Assembly (NCBI GenBank): GCA_001643675.2
Contig: LSRY02000055.1
Coordinates: forward strand, 248,001-312,000
Reading direction: 5' to 3'
Source: Monocercomonoides exilis PA203
Taxonomy: Eukaryota > Protista > Preaxostyla
Length of the DNA stretch: 64,000 nucleotides
Position numbers and translations under genes: made by a program. Under the pieces are notes generated by a model that saw nothing but the letters and a program-made list of their open reading frames with translations, was not told where the DNA came from and did not search any database. This document shows, piece by piece, positions 63,327-64,000 of the stretch. Position 1 is the stretch's first letter. Every line of letters begins with the position of its first letter.

Positions 63327-64000
63327 ACTTCTCCCTATTTATTATTTATCCTCGAGAAAAAGTGATTCAACAGCTTCAATTCTTTTCATAACAATTTTAA
63401 ATCTTCAAGAATCTTATTTTCAATATCTCTTCTCTTGTTATTTTTTCCGAACAGATATTTGAGATAACGAAGAAGGAGGAGCAGTAAGACAGAATCAGAG
63501 CATTTGTTGATACTTCAAATTGTGAAGGCAGTGCTAAATGCGTATTTATCATCACAAACTTTTTCATCATAACTTTTTTATCATAACCTTTTTGTCAAAC
63601 ATTAGCTAAAATACTTTTTTTGGTCTTCATCATCATCGTCTTCGTCTTCGTCTTCGTCTTCATGTGCTTTGTCAATATTTATATTTTTGTTATTGGAATT
63701 ATTCTAATGGAAGTTGAGCAGAGGATTAGTAATAAGCAATATTTTTTGAGCAGAAGGGAAGTGATGATAATGGCAATAAGATAGACAGCGGAGGCAGATC
63801 AGCTGGATGTTGTTGGCAGAAAGTAACAATACTTGGAGAAGGAGAGAATTAGGAAAGTGAAAATGTGTGAAGAGTTGACATATTTAATGCAAAGGTTTGG
63901 TTCTTGTATTATTTTATTAATATTTTTTTTTCAATATTTCTAATATTATATTTACGAAGTTGGAGTCATTGCAAGAATATTGAATGCAAATGTTTCAATG

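Larger units (their letters stand above)
46955..64000. repeat. Palindrome P2 (axis 55480/55481): arms 46955-55417 / 55544-64000, at least 8.4 kb each, continuing beyond the window
   Basis: Mirror sums 54414+56548=110962, 52804+58157=110961, 49091+61866=110957, 47632+63326=110958. The last bases of the window match 46955 onward inverted. Confidence 0.97.

Noticed and set aside
1-64000. CRISPR array, rRNA or tRNA genes, telomeric repeats
   Set aside because: No regularly spaced repeat-spacer series, no conserved rRNA/tRNA motifs and no TTAGGG-like arrays seen.
1-64000. Non-standard genetic code (TAA/TAG=Gln as in some oxymonads) explaining broken ORFs
   Set aside because: Long ORFs are open in the standard code and use CAA/CAG. 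Broken regions also contain TGA stops and frameshifts.
23911-64000. Palindromes as pure assembly or read fold-back artefacts
   Set aside because: Not favoured, though not excluded: arms differ by paralogue-derived patches and clustered SNPs, centres are degenerate palindromes, and P1 lies within an older diverged inversion. Read-level confirmation is still needed.

Overview
AT-rich eukaryotic (protist-like) genomic DNA read in the standard code. The Cys/Gly-rich GGA[I/L]-repeat gene family, short GT-AG intron and decayed DNA transposons suggest an oxymonad/metamonad such as Monocercomonoides (inference only). Bases 1-17 kb hold decayed coding remnants and three DNA-transposon-related loci. 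One is an apparently intact two-exon gene (6771-9894) fusing a USP/C19 deubiquitinase domain to a Sola-like DDD transposase domain. It is followed immediately by a ~207-nt GC-rich segment that folds into a closed multibranch RNA-like structure. The other two are a Merlin/ISXO2 pseudogene and a pogo/DDE_1 pseudogene. Bases 17.5-64 kb are an array of 11 mosaic copies of a Cys-rich right-handed beta-helix (Pmp/pectin-lyase-like) surface-protein gene. Only two have an ATG plus signal peptide, and all appear 3'-truncated. The array is organised as two giant near-perfect palindromes (axes ~29,221 and ~55,480.5) plus an older inverted relationship centred near 43.8 kb. Symmetry decays toward each axis, short gene-conversion-like patches are visible between arms and paralogues, and a shared TIR-like motif (GGGTGATTGTTTTTGAAATC family) marks every tail-to-tail junction. 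The two most interesting candidate systems are (1) the DUB-transposase with a structured RNA and no clear TIRs, and (2) a palindromic archive of variable surface-protein cassettes possibly seeded by MITE/foldback elements.
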